A stretch of DNA of 64,000 nucleotides from an uncultured Acidobacteriota bacterium (GTDB lineage: Bacteria; Acidobacteriota; Vicinamibacteria; Vicinamibacterales; UBA2999): the NCBI GenBank assembly GCA_963757735.1, contig CAVWST010000021.1, positions 88,373-152,372 on the forward strand. The letters are read 5' to 3'. Below are positions 9,882 to 23,139 of the stretch, in pieces (the stretch's first letter is position 1; every line of letters begins with the position of its first letter). A model generated the notes under the pieces. That model saw only the letters and a program-made list of their open reading frames with translations, ran no database searches and had not been told where the DNA came from. A program made the translations under genes and the position numbers.

Positions 9882-11447
9882 ATGCGAATCCTGACTGCCG
9901 CGCAGATGCGCGAGGCCGATCGCTACACCATCGACGAGATCGGCATCCCGTCCCTGGTGCTGATGGAGAACGCCGGCAGGCAGGTCGTCGCCGCCATCGA
10001 ATCCACATACGAGTCGAAGCTGGATGGCCGGGTAGCCGTGCTCTGCGGCCGCGGCAATAACGGAGGCGATGGCTTCGTCGTCGCGAGGACGCTGCTCCAG
10101 CACGGCATCGAGACGTCCGTCTTTGTAATTGGTGCCCTCGCCGATGTGCGCGGCGATGCGCGCACCAATCTCGACATCCTCGGTCGACTCGGAGTGACGG
10201 TCGTTGAGATCGGCGACGAGCAGAGCTGGGAACTGCACTTCTCCGAGATCTCACAGTGCAGCCTGATCGTCGACGCGATCTTCGGAACCGGACTCAAGAC
10301 AGCTGTTGCCGGAATGATCGAGACCGTCATCGCTGACGTGAACGCGTCGGAGATCCCGGTCGTGTCGGTCGATCTGCCAAGCGGTTTGTCCGCAGACACG
10401 CCGCATCTGATCGGCGACTGCATCGACGCGTCGCTCACGGTCACGCTTGCCGCGCCGAAGCTGCCACTCGTGTTGCCGCCGGGCGAAGCCTACGCCGGCG
10501 AGGTGGTCATTGCCGATATCGGCATCCCGTACGAAGTCATTGAAGGTCTCGAAGGCTCGCATGTCGAGTTGCTCACGCCCGAGCAACTGCGCAGCTCTGT
10601 CGGCCCGCGTGCTGCCGATTCGCACAAAGGTGACTTCGGCCGGCTGACGATCGTGGCTGGATCGATGGGCAAGACCGGGGCAGCGCACCTGGCGGCAATG
10701 GGAGCGCTCCGATCCGGAGCCGGCCTCGTCACAGTCGCGACGCCTCGATGCTGCCTTCCCGTGCTTGCCGCGTTGTCGCCGGTGTTCATGACGGTCGATC
10801 TACCAGACGACCCTGCGGGAACTCTCGACGCGAGCGGCGTCGATAAGCTGCTCGAGCAGGAGCACGACGTCATTGCATGCGGCCCTGGCCTCGGTCGCAC
10901 GCCGCAGGTCGCACAGTTCGTGCGCGCATTGCTCGACAAGGCCACTGTGCCTCTCGTCCTCGATGCTGACGCGCTCACGGTGCTAGCCGACGATCCTGGC
11001 CAGCTCAGCGGGCGCGAGGAGCGCGCCCTGATCATCACGCCGCACCCCGGTGAGATGGCGCGCCTCGTCGGCGTATCGATTGCTGATGTGCAGGCGAATC
11101 GAATCCAGGTGGCAAGCGACTTTGCGACGGCGCACCAGGTGTATGTCGTCCTGAAGGGTCATCGCACCGTGATCGCCACACCGGAGGGGCGGGTGTTCAT
11201 CAATCCCACCGGCAATCCGGGCATGGCAACGGGCGGCACCGGCGACGTGCTTACTGGGATGATCGCGGCGTGGCTCGCGCAATTGCTCGACGCCGAAGCG
11301 GCGTGCCGTCTTGCGGTCTTTCTCCACGGCGCGGCGGGCGATTTGGCGGAGGTGAACCAGGGACAGGTGAGCATGATCGCCACCGATCTCCTCGATCATC
11401 TCGGCGGCGCGCTCAAGGTGCTCACCGATCCTCCTGCCAGTGCCTGA
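9882..11447 (+). CDS. nnr: Bifunctional NAD(P)H-hydrate epimerase/dehydratase (YjeF/Nnr)
   Basis: LMENAG, GRGNNGGDG, DSHKGDFG, TPHPGEMARL, ATGGTGDVL. Confidence 0.93.
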   Translation: MRILTAAQMREADRYTIDEIGIPSLVLMENAGRQVVAAIESTYESKLDGRVAVLCGRGNNGGDGFVVARTLLQHGIETSVFVIGALADVRGDARTNLDILGRLGVTVVEIGDEQSWELHFSEISQCSLIVDAIFGTGLKTAVAGMIETVIADVNASEIPVVSVDLPSGLSADTPHLIGDCIDASLTVTLAAPKLPLVLPPGEAYAGEVVIADIGIPYEVIEGLEGSHVELLTPEQLRSSVGPRAADSHKGDFGRLTIVAGSMGKTGAAHLAAMGALRSGAGLVTVATPRCCLPVLAALSPVFMTVDLPDDPAGTLDASGVDKLLEQEHDVIACGPGLGRTPQVAQFVRALLDKATVPLVLDADALTVLADDPGQLSGREERALIITPHPGEMARLVGVSIADVQANRIQVASDFATAHQVYVVLKGHRTVIATPEGRVFINPTGNPGMATGGTGDVLTGMIAAWLAQLLDAEAACRLAVFLHGAAGDLAEVNQGQVSMIATDLLDHLGGALKVLTDPPASA

Positions 11448-11856
11448 GCACGTCACCGCATCAGAAGCCGAGACAGCCGCCGTAGCCAACGAGTTGGCTC
11501 GTGGCCTCGTGGTGGGCGATGTGCTGCTGCTGTCTGGAAATCTCGGAGCGGGGAAGACCGCGTTTGTGCGGGGGCTAGCGGCTGGACTCGGTCTCGATCC
11601 AGAGGAGGTCAGCAGCCCGACATTCACGCTCGTTCACGAGTATCGAGGCGGGCGCCTGACGCTGTATCACGCCGATCTCTATCGCCTCGAACGAGCCGCC
11701 ACTGACGATCTGGGGCTCGAGGAGCTGCATCGGGGCGTCCTCGCGATCGAGTGGCCGGATCGGCTGACGCACGCGCTTCCCGGGGCGCGCCACATCACCA
11801 TCGAGATCCTCGATGGCGATCGACGGCGCATTAGGTTGGTAGTTGGTGGTTGGTAG
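11440..11856 (+). CDS. tsaE: tRNA threonylcarbamoyladenosine biosynthesis ATPase
   Basis: GNLGAGKT, VSSPTFTLVHEY, HADLYRL, IEW. Confidence 0.95.
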   Translation: MPEHVTASEAETAAVANELARGLVVGDVLLLSGNLGAGKTAFVRGLAAGLGLDPEEVSSPTFTLVHEYRGGRLTLYHADLYRLERAATDDLGLEELHRGVLAIEWPDRLTHALPGARHITIEILDGDRRRIRLVVGGW

Positions 11857-11918
11857 TTAGTGGTTTCGTTCGTTGTTCCGGTTCACCACCTACCACGAAC
11901 CACGATCTACCAACCAGC
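11834..11918. repeat. Inverted arrays of 7-mer repeats between convergent tsaE and guaB; possible bidirectional terminator
   Basis: GGTTGGT AGTTGGT GGTTGGT AGTTAGT followed by the complementary-type run CACCACC TACCACG AACCACG ATCTACC AACCAGC. Confidence 0.65.
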
Positions 11919-11922
11919 AGAG

Positions 11923-13450
<1,528 letters not shown>

Positions 13451-13469
13451 GGAGTTCCTCTAAATGCAC

Positions 13470-13499
13470 AAAAGGCCGACAATCGTCGGCCTCTGTTTT
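13470..13499 (-). terminator. Probable intrinsic terminator after secA
   Basis: Stem AGGCCGAC / GTCGGCCT with 4-nt loop and short T-tracts on both strands, directly after the secA stop. Confidence 0.6.
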
Positions 13500-13500
13500 C

Positions 13501-16458
<2,958 letters not shown>

Positions 16459-16548
16459 GCGAATGGGGAGAGCTAACTACGAAGGAATGTCTACCGATTG
16501 TAGCCAGCGGCTCCGCAATCGGCAAGGAAACGACAGAAACGCGGGGAG

Positions 16549-17484
16549 TTACTGAGCGCGAGGCTTCTGCTGTGTGAGCAGTCTGAGCGGATTGAGGAGG
16601 CGGCCGTTGGCGAGCACCTCGTAGTGGAGGTGGGTGCCGGTTGCGCGGCCAGTGGCGCCCAGGCGGCCAATCAGATCGCCGCGTTGAACGCGGTCGCCCT
16701 CATGGACCTGGAAGCCGGAAAGGTGTCCGTAGCGCGTTTGGAGTCCGAACCCGTGGTCGATGACGATGAGATTGCCGTACGCACCCTGTCGCCCCGCGTT
16801 GGTGACGACGCCGGCGGCTGTCGCATAGACCGGCTGACCCTTATCACCGGCGATGTCCAGACCCGGATGGTAATCAGCGCCGCCCGTCATCGGATCCGTG
16901 CGCCGGCCCATCGTCGATGTCAGCCATCCGTGAGCGGGCCAGATCGACGGCGTCGCATTCGCGAGGGCGTTCCGCTTCTCAACGTTCCGCTGCACGACGT
17001 TCAGGCGTGATTCGAGCCCTTCCAGCAGCGTGCGGAGCAGACCGAACGTGTCCTCGGGATTCGCGAGGGCGGTCAATGCGTTTGTATAGGTAGCGTCCTG
17101 CTTGGCGGTAGTGCCGACGTTGCCGCCCATCGCTCGCGACTTGACGAAAGCGGGTAACGTCTCCATGGCGCGGGCGAGGCTCGGGTCGAGTGCGGCCCTG
17201 GCACCAAGGTCGGTAATCGCCGTCTGCAGGGATTGAATCTGGCTCGAGAGTTCCGCGGTAGCGGTTCGATAGCTCGCGTTTTCCTGCTCGAGGGCGCGCT
17301 CGCTGACGTAGAGCTCGGCGACGTCGCTCTTCGCCTTCCAGGCCGCGCCGATACCGACGAGCACGGGAAGGGTGACAACGGCGCAGGCAAACACGACCGC
17401 CGGGCGGGCGGCGACCGTCACACGACGGACAACGCCTGTCGTGCGATCCGCAACGAGAATCGTGTAGCGCCGGGCTGGTTTCAA
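16549..17484 (-). CDS. M23-family metallopeptidase with N-terminal TM and coiled coil
   Basis: HPGLD (HxxxD), YGHL, TGTHLHYEV (HxH). Start assumed at TTG 17484. Confidence 0.88.
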   Translation of the reverse strand: MKPARRYTILVADRTTGVVRRVTVAARPAVVFACAVVTLPVLVGIGAAWKAKSDVAELYVSERALEQENASYRTATAELSSQIQSLQTAITDLGARAALDPSLARAMETLPAFVKSRAMGGNVGTTAKQDATYTNALTALANPEDTFGLLRTLLEGLESRLNVVQRNVEKRNALANATPSIWPAHGWLTSTMGRRTDPMTGGADYHPGLDIAGDKGQPVYATAAGVVTNAGRQGAYGNLIVIDHGFGLQTRYGHLSGFQVHEGDRVQRGDLIGRLGATGRATGTHLHYEVLANGRLLNPLRLLTQQKPRAQ

Positions 17485-17680
17485 AACAGATTCACTCGAG
17501 CAAAAATACGGGCCCCGATTGGGCACAGCGGCCGGTCCGCGCCATACGGACCATACTATCGGGTGTTGACACGCCGGTGGGGAGGGGTGCCGACGTAACG
17601 AGCCTACCACAGGACGAAATGGGTCCTCAACGAATCAGAATGAAAGCGAATATCAGGCGAAAGTCATACGGATCAGCCTC

Positions 17681-18553
17681 GTGAGTGCCGGCAGGGCTCG
17701 ACTGCAGGTGCTCGCTGCTGCTCTCTTGTTTTCGACGGGGGGAGCGGGGATCAAAGTTGCCGCTTTCTCAGGTCTGCAGGTATCGGCACTCCGATCTGGT
17801 ATCGCGGCGATCGCGCTGCTGGTCTTCCTCGGCGGCCGAATCGTGTGGTCGTTGCACGTCGTTCTGGCTGGCATCGTTTACGCCGCAACGCTGACGCTAT
17901 TCGTCTTGTCCACCAAGCTCACGACGGCGGCTAACGCGATCTTTCTTCAGTCAACGGCGCCGCTGTATCTCCTCCTGTTGGGCCCCCTCCTTCTGAGTGA
18001 GCACTTCAAGCGCCGTGACCTGATCTACCTGCTGGCCGTTGCGTTGGGGATGTTCAGTTGCTTCATGGGACGGCCGGACGCGACGGTCACTGCGCCCGAT
18101 CCAGGACGCGGAAATCTACTGGCCCTGATGTGCAGCATCACGTGGGCGCTCACGCTCGTGGCGCTTCGGTACGTAGAACGCGATCATTCGCGGCCAGGTC
18201 TCGGCATGTCGGTCGTGACAGCAGGCAATCTGTTCGCATCGATTGCGGCACTCCCGTTCGCTCTGCCACTGCCGGCGGCGTCGACAGGGGAGTGGATCAC
18301 GATCGTGTACCTCGGTGTGTGTCAGATCGGCCTCGCGTATGTATGTCTGACCGCAGGGATCCGCCATCTGCCGGCTCTCGACGTGTCCCTGCTCCTTCTG
18401 GTCGAACCGGTCCTCAATCCAGTGTGGACCTGGATCCTGCGGGGAGAGTCGCCGGGCTCATGGACGATCGTGGGAGGCGCGATCATCCTGGCGGCCACAG
18501 CGCTGCGCAGCCTTCACGATGCACGCGTGTCCCCACGGCTCATCGCCGAGTGA
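17681..18553 (+). CDS. EamA/DMT-family transporter
   Basis: About 10 hydrophobic segments in two repeats; ANAIFLQSTAPLY, LVEPVLNPVW. Confidence 0.85.
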   Translation: MSAGRARLQVLAAALLFSTGGAGIKVAAFSGLQVSALRSGIAAIALLVFLGGRIVWSLHVVLAGIVYAATLTLFVLSTKLTTAANAIFLQSTAPLYLLLLGPLLLSEHFKRRDLIYLLAVALGMFSCFMGRPDATVTAPDPGRGNLLALMCSITWALTLVALRYVERDHSRPGLGMSVVTAGNLFASIAALPFALPLPAASTGEWITIVYLGVCQIGLAYVCLTAGIRHLPALDVSLLLLVEPVLNPVWTWILRGESPGSWTIVGGAIILAATALRSLHDARVSPRLIAE

Positions 18554-18607
18554 GACCCGAGGTGCGCGGCGCGCACCCCGGGTCCCAGCGAGACGTGTCC
18601 GGCCCCC

Positions 18608-18910
18608 TCAGCGAAGCAGAGGAAACAAGAGACTCAGACCGGTGAGCAACGACGTTCCGCCCACGATCACCGGAGCCCAGGCGTACCGGCGAAGCGTTTG
18701 CGAATGATCGAGCCCGAGTTTCCGTACGAGACGGAGATTCTGAACGGTCCAGATCGACGGATACACGACGGTCACGATGTAGAAGAGAAGCCACTGGACC
18801 GCCGCCGTTCCGGAATGATCCGGATACCTGCGGAACGTCACGTACGAAAGGCCAGTGGCCATCGCGTAGATGACCACCAGACACGCAATCGCGACTTTGT
18901 TGTTGTTCAT
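18608..18910 (-). CDS. Small 3-TM hypothetical membrane protein (candidate immunity protein)
   Basis: 100 aa from ATG 18910, overlapping the upstream stop (TGATG); three hydrophobic stretches with basic loops. Confidence 0.6.
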   Translation of the reverse strand: MNNNKVAIACLVVIYAMATGLSYVTFRRYPDHSGTAAVQWLLFYIVTVVYPSIWTVQNLRLVRKLGLDHSQTLRRYAWAPVIVGGTSLLTGLSLLFPLLR

Positions 18911-19647
18911 CAGCAGCCGTACCACCAGCCGACGGCATAGACGCCGAGGTATGCGGACGCCACCATTCCACACGGTTCGGGAACCCAATAGAACCACGGT
19001 GCACACCAGAACACCATCTGGACGTTGAGGTAAGAGAGTTCCTGCTGGATCATCCGGCAGACTGACGGATCGACCTGCGCTACCAAGGTGACTCCAGCCG
19101 ACCGCGCGGACGCAATTCGATCGAGCGCTCGAGCGGCATCGTCCAACGTGGCGGCGACTGCTTGCCAACGCGGGGTGACGCCGTTGGCGAGCAGATCGTC
19201 AACAACCCACTGCCGCGTCGCGAGGTCAACGGGCGCCGGCACCGGCAACGGAACGGCGGACGTCCCGTCGAATCCGAACTCGCGCGCCTCCGCCTTGAAC
19301 ATCGCGGCATCGAGGTTGCGACGAAGCAGTGCGTCTCGTCCCTCGCGTCGCACGACATCGCGCAATGTCTCCTTCACCCGCGAGTCGAACTGGTTCGACG
19401 CGCCCCATGCCGCAAACACCCGCAATGACGAAGCGAGGCGGCGGGTGTGCTCACCAGAGCCCGCCTGGCTGAGACTTCGGACGGCCCCCTTCATGTCAGT
19501 CAACAACTGATCGATGACCGGATCCTGGACTCGCGTTGCGCCTTTCTGGCGCTGCGCAAACGCCAGCGTTGCACCCCCTCCGACCAGCAGCGGGAGACCT
19601 GCAGCCACTGATCCCACGAACACGCGACGACCGACTTCCACGCTCAT
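18910..19647 (-). CDS. Hypothetical Tat-exported protein with Cys/Trp-rich hydrophobic C-terminal domain (candidate bacteriocin precursor)
   Basis: GRRVFV twin-arginine motif, h-region and AFA cleavage site; all four Cys lie in the last 49 aa; ATG overlaps the comM stop. Confidence 0.65.
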   Translation of the reverse strand: MSVEVGRRVFVGSVAAGLPLLVGGGATLAFAQRQKGATRVQDPVIDQLLTDMKGAVRSLSQAGSGEHTRRLASSLRVFAAWGASNQFDSRVKETLRDVVRREGRDALLRRNLDAAMFKAEAREFGFDGTSAVPLPVPAPVDLATRQWVVDDLLANGVTPRWQAVAATLDDAARALDRIASARSAGVTLVAQVDPSVCRMIQQELSYLNVQMVFWCAPWFYWVPEPCGMVASAYLGVYAVGWWYGC

Positions 19648-21191
19648 ACATCACCTGCATCCCCGCACCCAATCCCGTGTTCCACCACTCTGTATTGCAG
19701 CGCCTCGGCGACGTGCTCTGACGTGACCCTCTCGTCGCTGGCCAGATCGGCAACCGTCCGCGCTACTTTGAGCACGCGGTCGTAGCCGCGCGCGCTCAAT
19801 CCCAATTGATCGACGGCCCTCCGCAACAACTGCCGTCCTTTTGCGTCGGGCCGGCACAACGTTGCGACGCGCGAGCCGCGCAGAGCCGCATTCGTGCGAG
19901 GGCCAGCGTCACCATAGCGAGCATGCTGCGCGCGACGCGCGGCGATCACACGCTCGCGAACAATCGCAGACGGCTCACCAGCGACGCCGTCGACGATCGA
20001 GCCCACCGCGACAGCAGGGACATCGACGATGAGATCGATGCGATCGCGGAGCGGACCGGAGAGGCGGTTCTGATACTTCGCGATCTGTATGGGCGTACAC
20101 CGGCACGGCCGGCGATCGTCTCCGGCAAACCCGCAGGGACACGGATTCATCGCACCTATGAGAACGAAGCACGCAGGGAAGACTGCGGTCCGCGCGGCGC
20201 GTGCGATCGTCACGTGTCCCTCTTCGAGAGGTTGCCGGAGGACTTCGAGGACCCGTCGATCGAATTCCGGCATTTCATCCATGAAGAGGACCCCGTGATG
20301 CGCGAGGGAGATTTCGCCCGGCCTTGGAATGGAGCCGCCGCCAACAAGGGCAACGGTCGAAATCGTGTGGTGAGGCGCACGGAAGGGGCGCTCTGAGAGA
20401 AGCCCCTGACCAGCAGGGAGAGTGCCGGCGACTGAATGGATGGCTGTGCACTCGAGCGCTTCGTCGAACGTGAGGGGTGGCAGAATCGTTCCCAATCTTC
20501 TCGCCAGCATCGTCTTGCCGGCACCGGGAGGACCGGTCATCAGCAAGTTGTGACCGCCAGCAGCCGCCACTTCGAGCGCGCGCCTGGCGAGCAATTGCCC
20601 GCGAACGTCGGCCAAATCGCTGTCGGCTGGTGTCGTACAGCTCGTGCTCACTGGGCCGGTGGTCGCCCGCTTGGCGCGCTCGGGCTCGTTCAACGCCTCA
20701 ACGGCCTCCGCCAGCGATTGAGCCACGCAAATATCCAGGCCCTCGACAACTGAGGCCTCGGTCGCATTCTGCGGCGGTAGAAGGAGGCGCTTGAGCCCCA
20801 GCCGACGTGCGCCGACTGCAATTGGCAGCACACCGCGAATGCCGTTGATCGCGCCATCGAGCGAGAGCTCGCCAACGATTACGGTGTCGTCAACGCATCG
20901 ACGTGTGAGTGGACCGGAGGTCGCGAGCAATCCGAGCGCAATCGGAAGATCGAACGACGATCCGGCCTTGCGCACGTCGGCCGGCGCAAGATTGACAGTG
21001 ATTCGATGATGGGGAAACTCGAATCCCGAGTTTCGGATCGCGGCGCGCACGCGGTCGCGACTCTCTTTGACGGTCGCATCTGGCAGGCCCACCATCGAGA
21101 AGTGGGGGAGCCCGAAGGCGACGTCTACTTCGACGTGAACCGGATAGGCCTCCACACCGAAGACCGCTGCACTGCGAAGACTGGCGAGCAC
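19644..21191 (-). CDS. comM: YifB/ComM-family Mg-chelatase-like AAA+ ATPase
   Basis: VGLPDATVKESRDRV, NLAPADVRKAGSSFDLPIA, GPPGAGKTMLA, RPFRAPHHT, NPCPCG, LSGPLRDRID. Confidence 0.93.
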   Translation of the reverse strand: MLASLRSAAVFGVEAYPVHVEVDVAFGLPHFSMVGLPDATVKESRDRVRAAIRNSGFEFPHHRITVNLAPADVRKAGSSFDLPIALGLLATSGPLTRRCVDDTVIVGELSLDGAINGIRGVLPIAVGARRLGLKRLLLPPQNATEASVVEGLDICVAQSLAEAVEALNEPERAKRATTGPVSTSCTTPADSDLADVRGQLLARRALEVAAAGGHNLLMTGPPGAGKTMLARRLGTILPPLTFDEALECTAIHSVAGTLPAGQGLLSERPFRAPHHTISTVALVGGGSIPRPGEISLAHHGVLFMDEMPEFDRRVLEVLRQPLEEGHVTIARAARTAVFPACFVLIGAMNPCPCGFAGDDRRPCRCTPIQIAKYQNRLSGPLRDRIDLIVDVPAVAVGSIVDGVAGEPSAIVRERVIAARRAQHARYGDAGPRTNAALRGSRVATLCRPDAKGRQLLRRAVDQLGLSARGYDRVLKVARTVADLASDERVTSEHVAEALQYRVVEHGIGCGDAGDV

Positions 21192-21204
21192 GACTTGAGA
21201 TCAG

Positions 21205-21220
21205 TGCAAGATCGCGTGCC
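21205..21220 (-). promoter_or_regulatory. Sigma54-like -24/-12 element upstream of comM (GG-N11-GC, one base longer than canonical)
   Basis: The minus strand reads GGCACGCGATCTTGCA, ending 13 nt before the GTG start. Confidence 0.5.
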
Positions 21221-21269
21221 TCACGAATTCATTCGAGTTTCTTCGGGATCGAGCGAGGCAACGTCCTGA

Positions 21270-21322
21270 ACGTCGCAGCTTCTGCAACGTCGATCTCGCG
21301 TCTTTATCGCAGTTTCTGCGAT
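21270..21322. promoter_or_regulatory. Two tandem palindromic boxes TCGCAG-N3-CTGC(G/A)A; candidate enhancer (UAS) for comM
   Basis: ACGTCGCAG-CTT-CTGCAACGT (21270-21290) and ATCGCAG-TTT-CTGCGAT (21306-21322); centres 34 bp apart. Confidence 0.55.
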
Positions 21323-21327
21323 GCGGG

Positions 21328-23049
21328 TCAGTTGGTGGCGAGCGTAGACAGGCGCTCGATGATCAAGCGCTGCCCAACATGGATCACGTTATTGCGGAGG
21401 CTGTTCAGCTCTTTGATCTGAGCTACGGTGGTGCCGTAGAGCTTGGCGATCATGGAGAGCGTTTCGCCGCGTGCGACACGATGGGTCGTCGTCGTGCGTG
21501 CCGGCGGGTCGTCGTCGGCCGCTTCCACCCGCCGAGGCGCAGTCACGGGGACAGCGTCAGCAGGCTGGCCGACAGTCTCTGTTCGCGCCGCGAGAAGCGT
21601 AGGAGCGCGCGGGATAATCAGTTGCTGGCCGGTTCGCAGCTTTGACTTGGTCGACAGATAGTTGGCCTCGGCCAGATCTGATCGACTGACACCCAGCTTC
21701 TTGGCGATGGAGGGCAGCGTTTCGTTCTTCTTGACGGTGTAGTGACTGAGCGGCGCGAGATCGTCGCCTCCTTGCTCAGTCAGCCGTGTGTTGATCACCT
21801 CTGCGGCCCCCATCGGAACCTTGAGCTCGTACTCGGTTGCGCGAATCGGTGTGGTCCACCGACGCAACTCGGGGTTCAGATTCTGGATGTCCTGGACCGA
21901 TGCGCCCGCCCACTCGGCGACGCGGCGAATGTCCACGGCGCCGGCAACGGTGACCGTTTCGAAGAGCGGCACATCGATGGGCGTCACTTCCATTTGGTAC
22001 TGAGCAGGGCTTCTAGCGATGATGATGGCCGCGAGAATGAGCGGAACGTAGTCACGCGTCTCGCGCGGGAGATAGCGTGAGGTTGCCGACAGCTTCCAGA
22101 AGTCGTCCCGTCCTGAGCGCTTCATCGCGCGCTGCACACGCCCCGGCCCACCGTTGTACGACGCAAGCGCGAGGTGCCAGTCGCCGAACATCGAGTAAAG
22201 CGTCTTCAGATACTTGGCAGCTGCGCGCGTAGCTTTCTCCGGATCGGCGCGCTCGTCGATGTACCAATCGTGGCGGAGACCATTCTCCAGCGCCGTCCCG
22301 CGCATGAACTGCCACATACCCTTGGCCTTCGCGCGTGAAAGAGCGTTCGGCTTGAAGGCGCTCTCGATCAGTGGAACATAAGCCAGATCGAGCGGCACAC
22401 CCTCGGCCCGGAAGACCTCCTGGATCATCGGAAGGTAGCGCGCGCCGCGGCTCAGGCCTTCTTCCAGATACCCCTTCAGTCGGCCGGTAAACAGCTCTAC
22501 ATAGGTAAGGACGCGGGCGTTCTGCGGGATCTCGATGTCGTGAACAACTACCTGAAGATCGTTGGCGACCGTGCGTTCCGTTTCGGGAGTCGGCGCCGGG
22601 GGCTCGAAGGTCGCAATCGTAAGGAGATCGTCGATCGATGCCGGTTCAGGGGCCTTTTCTGCGAAGCCGTCCGCCTGCGCCAGCGCCGTGAGCTCGTGGC
22701 CGCTGATCCGCTCGATCAGGCGGTCGTAGTGCGCACTCAGTTGCGGGTTCGAACGGGCGCCACCGGGCGATTCGAGCAGGACGTCAACCGCGCGGTCGAA
22801 CTCGGCAGTAGCCGCATCGAGGTGACCTTCACTCAGCTCGCGTTCACCCGCCTGAAAATGCTGTTCTGAAAGGGCGATGAGTTCCTGAACGGGATCGGGC
22901 GGCGCTGGAGCAGGCGCCGGTTGGGGCGCAACGACTTGTTGTGGCGCCTGCACAGTCGTCGGCTGTGGCGATCTCGCGGCACAGGCGCCTGACAGCAGCA
23001 GTCCGACGGCGCAGAGAACGCCGCTCACTCCTCGGCGAAACGACAGCAT
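21328..23049 (-). CDS. MltD-like lytic transglycosylase lipoprotein with two LysM domains
   Basis: Lipobox LSGAC; LIESAF catalytic Glu, GMWQFM, ASYNGGPG, ETRDYVP; LysM repeats YTVKKNETL and HRVARGETL. Confidence 0.9.
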   Translation of the reverse strand: MLSFRRGVSGVLCAVGLLLSGACAARSPQPTTVQAPQQVVAPQPAPAPAPPDPVQELIALSEQHFQAGERELSEGHLDAATAEFDRAVDVLLESPGGARSNPQLSAHYDRLIERISGHELTALAQADGFAEKAPEPASIDDLLTIATFEPPAPTPETERTVANDLQVVVHDIEIPQNARVLTYVELFTGRLKGYLEEGLSRGARYLPMIQEVFRAEGVPLDLAYVPLIESAFKPNALSRAKAKGMWQFMRGTALENGLRHDWYIDERADPEKATRAAAKYLKTLYSMFGDWHLALASYNGGPGRVQRAMKRSGRDDFWKLSATSRYLPRETRDYVPLILAAIIIARSPAQYQMEVTPIDVPLFETVTVAGAVDIRRVAEWAGASVQDIQNLNPELRRWTTPIRATEYELKVPMGAAEVINTRLTEQGGDDLAPLSHYTVKKNETLPSIAKKLGVSRSDLAEANYLSTKSKLRTGQQLIIPRAPTLLAARTETVGQPADAVPVTAPRRVEAADDDPPARTTTTHRVARGETLSMIAKLYGTTVAQIKELNSLRNNVIHVGQRLIIERLSTLATN

Positions 23050-23139
23050 CGGTCCCGCGTACTCTAGCATCCGGTCGATCCGAGGGTCAAAACTCCGTAA
23101 GCTCAAGTGGGAACTCCCGAGCAAGACCGCGAACAAGTT

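Noticed and set aside
21558-21573. AGCAGGCTGGCCGACA in mltD as another copy of the parAB palindrome
   Set aside because: At least three mismatches, concentrated in one arm; expected by chance in GC-rich coding DNA.
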